The notes beneath the pieces are model-generated. The model searched no databases. It saw nothing but the letters and a program-made list of their open reading frames with translations, and had not been told where the DNA came from. From the IMG/VR virus record IMGVR_UViG_3300009788_000017, positions 1-56,988 of that record: a stretch of DNA of 56,988 nucleotides, one strand, 5' to 3'. Numbering within the stretch: the first letter of the stretch is position 1; each line of letters starts with the position of its first letter. A program made the translations under genes and the position numbers. Below, in pieces: positions 38,897 through 48,799 of the stretch. Source of the stretch: a virus (Duplodnaviria > Caudoviricetes).

Positions 38897-41226
38897 TTCA
38901 CTTTCTCCAGGCCTGGGGCCAGCACGTCGTTAGGGGTTAGCAGCATCTGAGCTGCGCGGGTGGCCTCGTGCCCGACCATCTTGACGGTGGAGCCGGTCCA
39001 GTACTCGTGGTTGCGGATGCATCGCACGCGGACTTGACGAGAGTCGCCGATCTTGAGGGTGACGCGCGACAATTTCTTGGGTAGCGTCTTGGACACCTTG
39101 GCCCAGATGGGTCGGAGCTGAGACTCACATCGAACTGCCGCGGCGTCGCCGAGGCGGCTAGCCACGAACGCCTGGACAGTGTCGAAGCTCACGATGTCAG
39201 CAGCGAACGGACCCTCGTGGCACTCAACCGCGTCTTCGATGAGGATCTCAACGCGGGTCTTGCTGGCGTCGATCATCTCTCGCTTAGCGTCAGTCATCGG
39301 TGGGTGGGCTGCGTACTTGAAGCCCTTGATGTCGTAGTCCACGAACCAGCGCAGTAGGTGCGGCAGGTTGCCGTCATCTCGGAACCACTCCCAGAGCTCA
39401 TCGAAGTGCTCTTGAGATTGGACCCCGGCGATCTTGTAAATCCAGAACCGGCGGTCTCCCTTCTCCACGAACGCAGCATTGTCATGGTTGGTAAAGATGA
39501 TGAAATTGGCGTAGACCTTGGCCTGCCTCTCGGCGATACCCTTGACGTTGATCTCCAGCGTCGGCTCGGAGATGAGGTTCTTCAGCTTGTCGCTGACACC
39601 GAACCGGGTGCTGAACTTCATCTCGTCCAGACAGACCAACGTGGAGTTGGCCATGAATCCATTGAACTGGTTCTCCAGTCGCTCGGGGTTAATCATGGCG
39701 CAGTTGTGCTCGCCCATCATCTTCGCCATGACCTGGAATATAAACCCCTTACCTGCTCCCGGCTCTGAGACTAGCAGCGGCGCCCACGGTATCCGGACTT
39801 CAGGCTTGGTCACAGTCATCACGACCCAGTCCATGAAGATCTTACGGTCAATGTCATTCGGGAATAGCGCCTTGATGTGGCGGATGAACGGCGCGACTGC
39901 TGAGAGCTGGCAGTTATCTGCAGGCTTCATGTCACCCGGGCAGTGCCGGTTCCACATCTTGACGCCCTGCATCTTGACTATCTTTTCCGGGATCGGCGCA
40001 TAGATGGTGGATCGAACATCCTGCCTGAGTGGGTTCGCCATCCATCGGTTGAAAAGTTTAGCTTGCGACCCGACGAAAACATTGGAGTACTTGCGTTGGA
40101 AATCCTGGTACTGGTAAATGGCGTGCTCTCCAGACCTCGTACGGTCTGCGATCTTGCTTCCTTCTTCGATGAACAGAAATCGATCTACCCAGGCGTCCAG
40201 GGTATGCACCTCCGTGTTGCTGTCTGGCTGCATCGCGGCGTCGTATGGCGCCGGTACATCAGAGGGTGGGGGCGGTGGCACTCTCGGCGCCGGTGGTGCC
40301 TCAGGGACGTGCCCGCGCATCTCAGCTGCCCGCGTCTCTGCGAACCGGCTGACAGCACCGAGCACCTCAGCCTGGAGCTGGTCCTCAGTGATTGGCTCAG
40401 CGCCTTGGGGGCAGAGGTCCACGTTCATCCGGCGGATCTCGTCGCACACGTACTCAGCACTGAACCCCTGACTGATCAAGTAGCCTGCGTGAGATACGAG
40501 CTTGTGCGTGCGGTCACCAGGTGCCAGAACAACAGGTGCCTCGTACGCTGGCATTAGGTTCAGCCCGAACGCGTCAGTGACTGGCTGGTCCTTGCCAGGT
40601 GCTGGCGCCTTACCTGGCAGTGCAGGGGCCGCCATGACTGGAGCGTTGCTGGCAGCCTTTACCAGCTTCAGCGTCTGGTGCTGGGCGCCTGACTTATCCA
40701 TCAGCGTGACCAGGACAGGGTCCGACTTGCGGTGGCTGAAGCCTGGTATCCGCATGACTCGGTCCAAGTTGGCAACGCTGGCATCTCCGCCGAACGTCAC
40801 GGCGAGGCTGCGCTGTAGGATCTTAAACTTGTCGACAGGGCAGTCATTGACGAGCCAGTACAGGTGGAGCTTGTAAGGGCTCGACTGCACCACGATCGAT
40901 GGTCGAGGTAGATGAGCAGAGAGGCTAGCAACTGAGTGCTCTAGTGTCTCAGGCTGATCCAGGTCGATGAACAGGGCGCGGATGCCAGTGATTGCCTTGG
41001 CGGCTCGCATATTGCCTGCGTTGACCTGCATGAAGATCCCAGCGCCTTGCTCGTTGAGCTTGGCCAGTGCGGCCTCGTGCTTCTCGAACGTGCCGATCAT
41101 GACCCGGGCCAGTGGATCGCGGGGTTGCTTCTTGCGAATTTCTTTATTGTCGGTGAACGTCTGAAAGACGAATGGACCTTCACCGAGCGCCGTCAGAAAC
41201 TGCCGGGCTTGCATCAAATCAATCAT
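38893..41226 (-). CDS. Primase-helicase (RepB-type AEP primase + PriCT + DUF5906/SF3-like helicase)
   Basis: FIDLD, HLYW, RVMRIPG; GAGKG Walker A, LDE, IFTNH, DRRF. Confidence 0.88.
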   Translation of the reverse strand: MIDLMQARQFLTALGEGPFVFQTFTDNKEIRKKQPRDPLARVMIGTFEKHEAALAKLNEQGAGIFMQVNAGNMRAAKAITGIRALFIDLDQPETLEHSVASLSAHLPRPSIVVQSSPYKLHLYWLVNDCPVDKFKILQRSLAVTFGGDASVANLDRVMRIPGFSHRKSDPVLVTLMDKSGAQHQTLKLVKAASNAPVMAAPALPGKAPAPGKDQPVTDAFGLNLMPAYEAPVVLAPGDRTHKLVSHAGYLISQGFSAEYVCDEIRRMNVDLCPQGAEPITEDQLQAEVLGAVSRFAETRAAEMRGHVPEAPPAPRVPPPPPSDVPAPYDAAMQPDSNTEVHTLDAWVDRFLFIEEGSKIADRTRSGEHAIYQYQDFQRKYSNVFVGSQAKLFNRWMANPLRQDVRSTIYAPIPEKIVKMQGVKMWNRHCPGDMKPADNCQLSAVAPFIRHIKALFPNDIDRKIFMDWVVMTVTKPEVRIPWAPLLVSEPGAGKGFIFQVMAKMMGEHNCAMINPERLENQFNGFMANSTLVCLDEMKFSTRFGVSDKLKNLISEPTLEINVKGIAERQAKVYANFIIFTNHDNAAFVEKGDRRFWIYKIAGVQSQEHFDELWEWFRDDGNLPHLLRWFVDYDIKGFKYAAHPPMTDAKREMIDASKTRVEILIEDAVECHEGPFAADIVSFDTVQAFVASRLGDAAAVRCESQLRPIWAKVSKTLPKKLSRVTLKIGDSRQVRVRCIRNHEYWTGSTVKMVGHEATRAAQMLLTPNDVLAPGLEKVK

Positions 41227-41249
41227 ATTCGATACTCACTACAGGGGCG

Positions 41250-41459
41250 CTATTTCGCGGGGATATTCAGCCTGTCCATAGACTCAGTGAGCAGCTGATC
41301 GATGATGTTGCTTCTGTTCTTCTTGGGGTTCTTGGCCTTGACCGCGTCCACCAGTCGGTCGAGTCGGTCAGATGTGCTGGTCTTGATGGTGATGCTCAGC
41401 GCAACACAGGCGTCGGCTTGAGTGCCGGCCAGGTCTTCGAGTGACGATGTTGTAGCCAT
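41250..41459 (-). CDS. Ribbon-helix-helix-like transcriptional regulator
   Basis: ALSITIK (beta strand), RLDRLV (helix), NRSNII..LL (helix); start reassigned to ATG 41459. Confidence 0.55.
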   Translation of the reverse strand: MATTSSLEDLAGTQADACVALSITIKTSTSDRLDRLVDAVKAKNPKKNRSNIIDQLLTESMDRLNIPAK

Positions 41460-41493
41460 CGGATCTATCCTAGTTGTGAATGGTATAGATCCT

Positions 41494-41522
41494 AATATAA
41501 TTCGTGAGATTAGTGCTGTCAA
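41494..41522 (-). promoter_or_regulatory. sigma70 promoter TTGACA-N17-TATATT for the replication operon
   Basis: Near-consensus; directly downstream of a terminator. Confidence 0.8.
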
Positions 41523-41533
41523 CACGCAGGCAT

Positions 41534-41560
41534 AAAAAAGCCCGCGAAGGAGGGCGGGCT
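41534..41560 (-). terminator. Rho-independent terminator
   Basis: agcccgc...gcgggct followed by a T6 tract on the - strand. Confidence 0.8.
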
Positions 41561-41596
41561 AAATACTTCAAGTCTTTAAACCGAAGGCTTGCAGGT

Positions 41597-41908
41597 TTAT
41601 GAGCTTCGCCAACCAACTTCGAGAGGGCCGTCACCCTGGTTAGCGATGGAGTCGTAGTTACCTGGCATGTCATCATTGCTGCGCATTGAGGGCGTGCTCG
41701 CCAAAATTACAGCTGCTTCCAGCTGCGGCACTGTTCGGGTGTCGATCACTGCGGGTACTTCCGCAATCATGGTTACCGGCTGGGCCTGATCCACTTCGAA
41801 CTGAAAGAACAGAGCCGGTTGCGCCATCAAAAGATTGGAGTCGGCCTGTGTGATCATCGGAGCAGTCAGAGCAGCGGCAATGGCAAGAGCGATAAAACCT
41901 TTGCGCAT
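41597..41908 (-). CDS. Small secreted/periplasmic protein
   Basis: Sec-type signal MRKGFIALAIAAALTAPMITQA; GAGGAG RBS. Confidence 0.65.
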   Translation of the reverse strand: MRKGFIALAIAAALTAPMITQADSNLLMAQPALFFQFEVDQAQPVTMIAEVPAVIDTRTVPQLEAAVILASTPSMRSNDDMPGNYDSIANQGDGPLEVGWRSS

Positions 41909-41980
41909 TGTGACTCCTCTCGTTGGTTGAACTCGTTCAAAAGAGCTTTAACCTTAGCCGACCCAGTCGGTCAGATCAAG

Positions 41981-42238
41981 CTAGACTCGACCACGATCCA
42001 CACGTATAAGGTGGAATTCATCGCCAGCTTCCAAGCTGACTTGGATACTCTCGCCTTGTCCGATGACCATCACCCCGTTTTCGGACGCCGTAATAGTACC
42101 GTCTGTGTCAGTGGAAAATGCCGACTCTTCAGGCATCTTGCTCTGGATCAGGATCGGGCCTGTGGATACGACGGCCTTGAACTTGTACGTGCCGGGCGGG
42201 TACTCCAGCGGGTCGAGATCGGCTAATTTAGTCGCCAT
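41981..42238 (-). CDS. Small beta-rich protein
   Basis: GAGG RBS; next to the fibre-like gene. Confidence 0.6.
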   Translation of the reverse strand: MATKLADLDPLEYPPGTYKFKAVVSTGPILIQSKMPEESAFSTDTDGTITASENGVMVIGQGESIQVSLEAGDEFHLIRVDRGRV

Positions 42239-42258
42239 CTATTTATCCTCTATGTTGA

Positions 42259-43524
42259 TCATGTCAGGTTCGCCATGAAGCTGTCACTCTTGGCTTCATT
42301 TACTATCTTCAGAGATTCTACCGCTTGGAATGATGGGTTTATTTCTATAGTGGTTAGCAGAGTTGACCAGTCAGTTGGCGCATCTCCAGTGGCAATAGTG
42401 ACTTTTGAGAGTGCGTCTACCCACATACTAATCCCATCAGTTCCAGCGCGCACCCTTACATTTAATTGCTGACCAAAAACATAATTCAGGGCTGCTGCGG
42501 ATGTAGACACAATCACTTCCGTCCCTGCTGCTATCCGTTTCTTTAGGTGTATCTGATCATTTGTCTGATCGTATGTGGCCCGCAAATAATTGTTTGATGT
42601 GCCGTCACTGAAGTCGAATATAAGCGCATCACTGCCTTTGTCGTCAGTGGCGTCAAACTGAACAGTAGGCTTTACTTGAGCACTGATGCCGTTAGCCGGG
42701 AAGGGCCGGGCTCGCGTTTGTGATGTAGCGGCTCTGATTACAGTGCTGCCTGCGGTTGAGATATAACTGGTTGCGAAATCATTATCCTCTGGCTGTAGCC
42801 CCCAGATAAACACAGTAGTGGTTGAAGCGTTGTTCCAGTCCGGTCTTAGGTCTACATTCCTGCTCCCACCACCAGCTGTTGGCGTTACTGTTAGCTCAAC
42901 CCTCCAAATACCTGTTGAACCAAGCTGCTCTATCTTTGTTGTCGCCGTGCCTAGCGTAGAGGTTTGCGCGGTGCCCTCGGTCGGCACATTTGCAATCCAG
43001 TCGAATTGCTGCGTGTAGTGCGTGACATTGGTTGTGTCGTTAACGCGAAACAGAAATTTGTCACTGGTGCCCTCGCTGACAAAGAGGCTCACCGTAAACG
43101 GGACGGCTGCAGAGAATGTGCCGCCTATTACTTTGGCTAGATTGGGGAACGCTGATATTCCATCGCCTTGCATACTATAGGCGGTCGTTGTTCCATCTGG
43201 AGCTGTGGCGGCTGCTGGAGTTACTGACATGCCAACAGCTGTATAACTGGCATCATCGAACAATTCAGAGAACGTGGCTAGGTTCTCAGCCGTATCCTCA
43301 AGCAATACGCCATCGCCTGATGCGAATGCTGGATTGTTGGCTGTAGAAGTAACCAAAACACCAGAGCTATTTATCCCAGTCTGATCTCCGGCGCGGGTGA
43401 ATGTGAAGTCTGCAACCGACGTTAGAAACACCCACTGATTCAAAAGCACTTGCTGAACGAACGATCCGATCTGAATAGACCGGCGGAAGGATGAGTGTAC
43501 TATGCTGCGGAAGATGCTTGTCAT
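42259..43524 (-). CDS. Fibre/spike-like protein with lectin (LamG/ConA-like) domains
   Basis: FTFTRAG, GVLLE..ENL..SE.F, GIWRV, IWGLQPE...ATSYI.T....RAA. Confidence 0.65.
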   Translation of the reverse strand: MTSIFRSIVHSSFRRSIQIGSFVQQVLLNQWVFLTSVADFTFTRAGDQTGINSSGVLVTSTANNPAFASGDGVLLEDTAENLATFSELFDDASYTAVGMSVTPAAATAPDGTTTAYSMQGDGISAFPNLAKVIGGTFSAAVPFTVSLFVSEGTSDKFLFRVNDTTNVTHYTQQFDWIANVPTEGTAQTSTLGTATTKIEQLGSTGIWRVELTVTPTAGGGSRNVDLRPDWNNASTTTVFIWGLQPEDNDFATSYISTAGSTVIRAATSQTRARPFPANGISAQVKPTVQFDATDDKGSDALIFDFSDGTSNNYLRATYDQTNDQIHLKKRIAAGTEVIVSTSAAALNYVFGQQLNVRVRAGTDGISMWVDALSKVTIATGDAPTDWSTLLTTIEINPSFQAVESLKIVNEAKSDSFMANLT

Positions 43525-43582
43525 GCGGCTCGGCCACTAAGTTACCTTAATGGCCGAGTATAGCTGACCTACTAAGGGAAGG

Positions 43583-44302
43583 CTATCGGTGTAAATCCTT
43601 GGCGATGGCTGCCAGAACTGGCTTGAGCCGGGCGTCCAGCATCCGCTCCAAGTCAGTCAGCAGGTCGAGCTTAAGTTCAAGGTCCTCAACCGGTGGGCGC
43701 CCGGCCAGCTGCTGCTCCAGGTCCTTCAGTGCGCCGTCGATGTCAGTCCGGCAGAACGTAGCCTCGACTGCTTTTAGCTCTTGGGCTGTAGGCCTGCTGA
43801 CGTACTCTTCAGCATTAGCCGGAGCATCGTAGTGATCGCAGCCAGGTCGTACGCAGTGCCCCTGCGGCTCCCCGTGCTCGCAGTACGCGACAGCAGGTGC
43901 CGGGTCAATCGCTTTAATCGCAGCATCGGAGTTGTCGGTGCGTGCTGGGATCTTAGTTGCCTTCTTGTCAGCCTTGTGCTGCGCTGGCAATCGCATCGGC
44001 GTAGCTTCCATCTTAGACACTCCTTTGATTGGGTCGGGAGCCTTGGCGCCACCGGCGTTGGCCTCGTCGATCAACTTCTGATTGTATTCTGGTGGGGCTG
44101 TGCGGAGTTGGTATCCGCCTGAACTCAGTGTGATCGCGCCTCGTTTCTTGAGGACGTGAAGCGCGTTGTCCAAATGTCCATCGGTCCAGTCGTCAGGAGC
44201 TATCCGCTTAATGGTTCCTCGGGATATCCTGTCCGGGTATGCCTCTCCTAGCAAGTTGACAATGTAGTTGCGGCGATCCACGCCTGTAAGGTCCTCTGAC
44301 AT
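43583..44302 (-). CDS. Hypothetical protein (wHTH-like N-terminus, Cys/His motif)
   Basis: LDNALHVLKKRGAI...GGY; CEHG...HC...CDH. Confidence 0.55.
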   Translation of the reverse strand: MSEDLTGVDRRNYIVNLLGEAYPDRISRGTIKRIAPDDWTDGHLDNALHVLKKRGAITLSSGGYQLRTAPPEYNQKLIDEANAGGAKAPDPIKGVSKMEATPMRLPAQHKADKKATKIPARTDNSDAAIKAIDPAPAVAYCEHGEPQGHCVRPGCDHYDAPANAEEYVSRPTAQELKAVEATFCRTDIDGALKDLEQQLAGRPPVEDLELKLDLLTDLERMLDARLKPVLAAIAKDLHR

Positions 44303-44312
44303 TACTCAATCC

Positions 44313-44660
44313 TCAAAATGGGCATGGCTCGTCGGCGTCCATGCGTGTGATGTTCGGGCTGTGCTTCGACGCCTTGATAGAGGACTGCAGTTTCCAGTCA
44401 TCATAGTGGCGGCAGCCGAAACTGTCGTACCTGTGCAGTTTTTCAGGCGGCCAGGGTATCCGCGCGTCATGCATGCAGGCGTCGTAGCAGAGCGGTGCCC
44501 TGTCCTTCTCGCCTTTACGCAGCCTGTACTCGTCGACATACATCTTGCCGTCGCACCCAGCCATGTTGCACGTGGGCCATCGGACGTAGTGCTCGGGGCG
44601 TTTGCTCAGGTTGCGACGGGTCTGGCAGTTGCGCTTGTTGCAACGGGCTGGGACCTTCAT
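44313..44660 (-). CDS. Cys-rich zinc-binding protein
   Basis: CNKRNC, CNMAGC, CYDAC, H...C. Confidence 0.55.
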   Translation of the reverse strand: MKVPARCNKRNCQTRRNLSKRPEHYVRWPTCNMAGCDGKMYVDEYRLRKGEKDRAPLCYDACMHDARIPWPPEKLHRYDSFGCRHYDDWKLQSSIKASKHSPNITRMDADEPCPF

Positions 44661-45043
44661 GCGAACAAGTCCCGCTGCTGGAACGGGTGGTTATCCCACC
44701 ACTTGTTGGACTTGGACAGGTTGACCTTAGCCGGGAGCACCTGCAAGTTCCAAGGTACATGGAGCCCACAGACCAGCTCGTTCTTCAGTGGGACCTGGTG
44801 GTCGACGTGATCGTCAGGCCCGACTGACTCGTAGATTGCAGCCATCTCGGCGAGCTGCCCCTCGTCAAGCCATGGAGGGGTGGCCCAGTAGAGCTTCGTC
44901 CAGTACGTGTAACTGATCCGCAGGTTATATTTGGCGTACTCGATGACGCGTCCGTGTCTCAGCCAGTGCGGCGGCGCAGGGCGTGTAAATTTATCAGGGC
45001 AGAGGTCGTGTCGGTATGCCAGTCTGAATCTGTCAGCCATCAC
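44657..45043 (-). CDS. HNH endonuclease
   Basis: TPPW, HVDHQVPL...CGLHVPWNLQVL...NLSKSN. Confidence 0.85.
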   Translation of the reverse strand: MMADRFRLAYRHDLCPDKFTRPAPPHWLRHGRVIEYAKYNLRISYTYWTKLYWATPPWLDEGQLAEMAAIYESVGPDDHVDHQVPLKNELVCGLHVPWNLQVLPAKVNLSKSNKWWDNHPFQQRDLFA

Positions 45044-45072
45044 TTAGTCCTATAAAGTATCTTATAGATCCT

Positions 45073-45100
45073 ACTATAGCGTGATGGTCTTAGATGTCAA
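45073..45100 (-). promoter_or_regulatory. sigma70-like promoter TTGACA-N16-TATAGT
   Basis: Intergenic, - strand. Confidence 0.65.
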
Positions 45101-45110
45101 CTCGAGATTA

Positions 45111-45437
45111 CTACTCCAGCACGTCAATGAACGCCCGGTTGGAGATGAACTCTTTAGGTGTGACGTCCTTGTATATGCCGAAGAACTGCCACTTACCCTT
45201 GATGTCGATCTCACCAGCAGCAGTGGTGTACTGGAAGTACTCGTTGGCCACGAGCGGTGGGGTGGTGGTTGCGTCGGACACGGCCGGAGCTGTGACGGCG
45301 GTTGATGTGAACGCAGTGGTCCCATCAGGGCGGATGCCTACGACGCTGAGCGGTGGGGCCCCATCAGCTCCGGACAGATCGAACCCCGTCACCAGATTGA
45401 TCTTCTTGCCGACCTCGCCTACGTGCAGTACTGACAT
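45111..45437 (-). CDS. Ig/BppU-like beta-sandwich structural-type protein
   Basis: IRPDGT, QYTTAAGEIDIKGKW. Confidence 0.5.
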   Translation of the reverse strand: MSVLHVGEVGKKINLVTGFDLSGADGAPPLSVVGIRPDGTTAFTSTAVTAPAVSDATTTPPLVANEYFQYTTAAGEIDIKGKWQFFGIYKDVTPKEFISNRAFIDVLE

Positions 45438-45709
45438 TATTGTATCCTCGCTTCTAATATGAACTCGCTATCGTCGATCGTCGACTTCAGCGTCATGACC
45501 TCACCGATGAGCGACGCTGCGGTTGTGTCGGATGGGTCGATCGTCGCCTGCGCCGTGAGCACCGGGGTGATCGTGCTCTGCAGCACTGCGTCTCCCGGGT
45601 CGATCAACGACAGCAGCGTACACTCGGCGTCTGCCGTGAGCAGGTTACCTACTGCAGGCCAATACCGCTTGGCCCAGTACCGCGGGGAGAAGTATCTGGA
45701 TGCAAACAT
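45437..45709 (-). CDS. Hypothetical structural-type protein
   Basis: MFASRYFSPRYWAKRYWP repeat; operonic overlaps. Confidence 0.55.
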   Translation of the reverse strand: MFASRYFSPRYWAKRYWPAVGNLLTADAECTLLSLIDPGDAVLQSTITPVLTAQATIDPSDTTAASLIGEVMTLKSTIDDSEFILEARIQ

Positions 45710-48066
45710 CAGCCAGCCGCGTCCTTGGTAACTATCGTCCGGTTACCGTCAGCGTCCACCGTCGCAGTCAGCCTGGTCCTGCTACCATCCGCAGCCTTGA
45801 TCGTGATCGAGTTGGTTGCGGCGCCGGCCAATATACCTACATCGGCAGCCAGCATGAGTTTGAGTGCCTCCTCCAGCGTGAACCCATCTACATCACCACC
45901 AGCAAACATCGCTGCCGCAGTCTCATCAATCGCGGAGAGTGACGTGGGTAGCATGACGTACGCCGATGTTGAGTCTGGGTTGGTGCCCCACGCCACGCTC
46001 AATGTCGCTATTTTGGTCGTGCCGTCGTAGTCGGTCACCAGCCGGGCCTGGTCGTCGCCGGTGCCTGACCTGATGAGTATAGTCTGCCCATTATAGGCGT
46101 CGTCTATTGCGGAGGCCAAGGTGTTCAGAGTGATCGTAGTTGCAGTGCTGGCCTGGACTAGCCCCTCGTTGACGTGCTCCCGGCCCGGGTCAGCGACGAT
46201 ATTGAACACGCTGGTCGCGTCAGGGTTGACCTTCCAGTTCCGATCTACTGTGGCAGTCTTGGTTGTGCCGTCATACTGCAGTACCAGCCTGGCCTGGCCG
46301 GCGCCGGTGCCTGACATAATAGCTATGACCGCTGGGTCATAGGCCCCATCAGTCGCTGAGGCTGCCGCGTCGAGCTGGATCTGATTGTTGCCGGTGCCTG
46401 AACCTTGGGCTGTGTTGTTGCGGATGACTCCAGCTGCACGAGAGATCTGATCCTGGTCATAGCGAGCCGTCTCCGTCAGCACTACCGCTCCGCCTGAGTT
46501 GTCGGTCTTGTCGAAGTGACCCGAGACACGCATGGTGCCACCCGTGCAGTTAGCGTTCAGGACGTACTGGCCATGACCTTCGAGGCTGACTGTATCTGTG
46601 CCTAGCTGACCCATGTTTTTGAATTCGATACCACCTGCGTAGCCTCGGAAGTTGACGTTCTGGTTGGCGTTAGCCGCTCCAAAATCAAAGCTCGGCGTAG
46701 CTGACCCGGCAACTAAAGAGTGGCACCGAATGAAGTGGTAGTCACCTACAGCGCTGGCGATGAAGTCACCGCTCAGGCAGCACGCCAATAGCTCAACGGG
46801 AGGGAGAGTGACGTCGCCCATCAGGCATGATTGGAACCGTGGCAAGGTGCCTCCGTTGGCGCCGACGCCAGTGACTGAGTTGGCTCCTTGGACGAAGATT
46901 CCATTGATGTCTTGGCCGCCCAACGCAAGGCTCCAGTTGTCTCCGACGAGTGCATAATTGTCAGACACTCCTGTCAGAGCGATCGCTGATCCGTTAACGA
47001 ACCTGAACCGAGTCAGACCGACCAAGCCTGAGAGTGTCAACGCGTCTGCCCAAGTCAGGACAGCGTTGTCAGCTACACCGTTGACGAACGGCACTGTGCC
47101 TGCGGTACCGTTGCCCGTATCGACCCAGATCGCACCGTCTGCATACCCGACCGACTGCGATACAACGGCATATGATGTGATGATCCGGTCGATCAAGAGG
47201 GTGGCAGTCGTCAGGCCGGTCTCCTCGAACCGAATCCGAACCTTGCCGAGGTTGGCCCCGGTCCCGGTGTGGCGGATCAGGAGGTCCGGAGATAGGACTG
47301 AGTCAATTGAGCCGTTGGTCCCTGCGAGGAAGTCGATCTGATCCCACGTGGCGCCGTCCCAGTCGAAGGCGTACACAGTGATGGAGTCATTGGCACCATT
47401 GATCCTCAGGTCGATCTGCGCGCTTGACGCGGTGCCGTTGCCGGTCACGTCGAATTGATAATAAAGATCGATCACACCCGCAGTATCTGTGTGTTCGTGA
47501 TGGACGTCATCTACTGTGGCAGTATCTGCGAACGTGCCGCTGGACTGGACGCCGGTAGTCAGGACGTAGGACTCGGCCTGGATGCTGATGGATGACGATC
47601 CTACCGAAATCCCTCCGACCTGCGCCTGCGTAGACGGGAATGTATCGCCGGTGATGCCTGTGGTGTCGTACTGCAGCTCCAGGTTGTCAGCTGCCGTGGT
47701 GTCACCGCTGATCGATACGACGTCGGCTGACGCGACAGCGGAGTCCAGATCGAACGCGTGCTGTGCTGAGGCGTTGCCGTAGGTCTCGATCGCAACTGAC
47801 AGGTCGATCCAGGCTTTTGGTCCGGTCTGGTCCACGAGGTAGAGCTTGACCCGGGCGGCCTGCATCTCTGTGGCGGTGAGGACGATTGAGTAGCCGGTGC
47901 CCTCGTCGGTGGGGAGGTTGGTGGTATTCACCTCCGCCCCTTCGTCCTTCATGATGACAACATCACCGGCTGCGAATGGTGCAGCCGGCTCAAAGTCATC
48001 TCCGCCGGGCTGGAATAAGGTGAACAAGATGGTTGCGGATTCACCGTATTTCCGTAGCTCGGACAT
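45709..48066 (-). CDS. Large beta-rich virion-type protein with an internal domain duplication
   Basis: Gly/Thr/Asp-rich; two copies of ASA.D.AY....I.SGTG..QARLV..YDGTTK.AT...W..NPD.TS; start reassigned to ATG 48066. Confidence 0.65.
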   Translation of the reverse strand: MSELRKYGESATILFTLFQPGGDDFEPAAPFAAGDVVIMKDEGAEVNTTNLPTDEGTGYSIVLTATEMQAARVKLYLVDQTGPKAWIDLSVAIETYGNASAQHAFDLDSAVASADVVSISGDTTAADNLELQYDTTGITGDTFPSTQAQVGGISVGSSSISIQAESYVLTTGVQSSGTFADTATVDDVHHEHTDTAGVIDLYYQFDVTGNGTASSAQIDLRINGANDSITVYAFDWDGATWDQIDFLAGTNGSIDSVLSPDLLIRHTGTGANLGKVRIRFEETGLTTATLLIDRIITSYAVVSQSVGYADGAIWVDTGNGTAGTVPFVNGVADNAVLTWADALTLSGLVGLTRFRFVNGSAIALTGVSDNYALVGDNWSLALGGQDINGIFVQGANSVTGVGANGGTLPRFQSCLMGDVTLPPVELLACCLSGDFIASAVGDYHFIRCHSLVAGSATPSFDFGAANANQNVNFRGYAGGIEFKNMGQLGTDTVSLEGHGQYVLNANCTGGTMRVSGHFDKTDNSGGAVVLTETARYDQDQISRAAGVIRNNTAQGSGTGNNQIQLDAAASATDGAYDPAVIAIMSGTGAGQARLVLQYDGTTKTATVDRNWKVNPDATSVFNIVADPGREHVNEGLVQASTATTITLNTLASAIDDAYNGQTILIRSGTGDDQARLVTDYDGTTKIATLSVAWGTNPDSTSAYVMLPTSLSAIDETAAAMFAGGDVDGFTLEEALKLMLAADVGILAGAATNSITIKAADGSRTRLTATVDADGNRTIVTKDAAG

Positions 48067-48143
48067 GCTCGACACCTGTAATTGAATATCAATTACTCTA
48101 TCTTAGCCGATGCCGATGTGATAAGGAATGGTTACGTAACCTC

Positions 48144-48362
48144 CTAGACTTCACCGCAGCCAATCCTGGCACATAGTGCCTTGTGTTTTGCCATGGCCAC
48201 GTCGGCAGGCACACGATAAGGCTCAAACATACCCTTGGTCACGATCGTCCGCAGGGCATAGGCTTTACGGATGAAGTCAGCTATGTGAGCTTCCGTCAGG
48301 GTCTTTGCAGCTTCCGTGGCAGCCCAGACTGGTACGTACGGTAAAATCTTGAGCTCACTCAT
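48144..48362 (-). CDS. Hypothetical protein
   Basis: GGAGG RBS; ATGA overlap. Confidence 0.55.
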   Translation of the reverse strand: MSELKILPYVPVWAATEAAKTLTEAHIADFIRKAYALRTIVTKGMFEPYRVPADVAMAKHKALCARIGCGEV

Positions 48363-48799
48363 ATCACCTCCTTGCAGTGTTTGATCATCTGCTGGCCGTA
48401 CCACATGGCCTTCCTGATCGACTCCAGGCCGCCCTTGAACCGCTCCCGCCATTCGTACTTGATCATGTTGCCTTTGCAGTAGCCTCGGAACTCCTCCTCG
48501 GTCAGCGCTGCACGTATGGCGTCAATGCACTCAATCTCACCGGCATTATAGTGCGGAGGCTCGTTGACCATGTCTGCCTTGGGGGTCAGGACGATGCGGT
48601 CAGACAGTGGCTTCTCACGAATCTGCTGCCTAACGTCCTGGATCGCCAGAATATGAGGCAGTTCTTCGATATTGAACAGGTCCTTCCGACATCCAGGTAG
48701 AGGCTCGTCTCGGAGGTAGAAAACTAAGGAGACGACGCCAGGCCCGGAGTGGTGCAGTGTGAAGTATTCGGCGGTTGGTGGTACCCATGGCTTACTCAT
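48359..48799 (-). CDS. DUF3310 (SaV / T7 gp1.7-like) domain protein
   Basis: DMVNEPPHY...IECIDAI...GYCKGNMIKY.WR...KGG.E...KA.WY. Confidence 0.8.
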   Translation of the reverse strand: MSKPWVPPTAEYFTLHHSGPGVVSLVFYLRDEPLPGCRKDLFNIEELPHILAIQDVRQQIREKPLSDRIVLTPKADMVNEPPHYNAGEIECIDAIRAALTEEEFRGYCKGNMIKYEWRERFKGGLESIRKAMWYGQQMIKHCKEVI

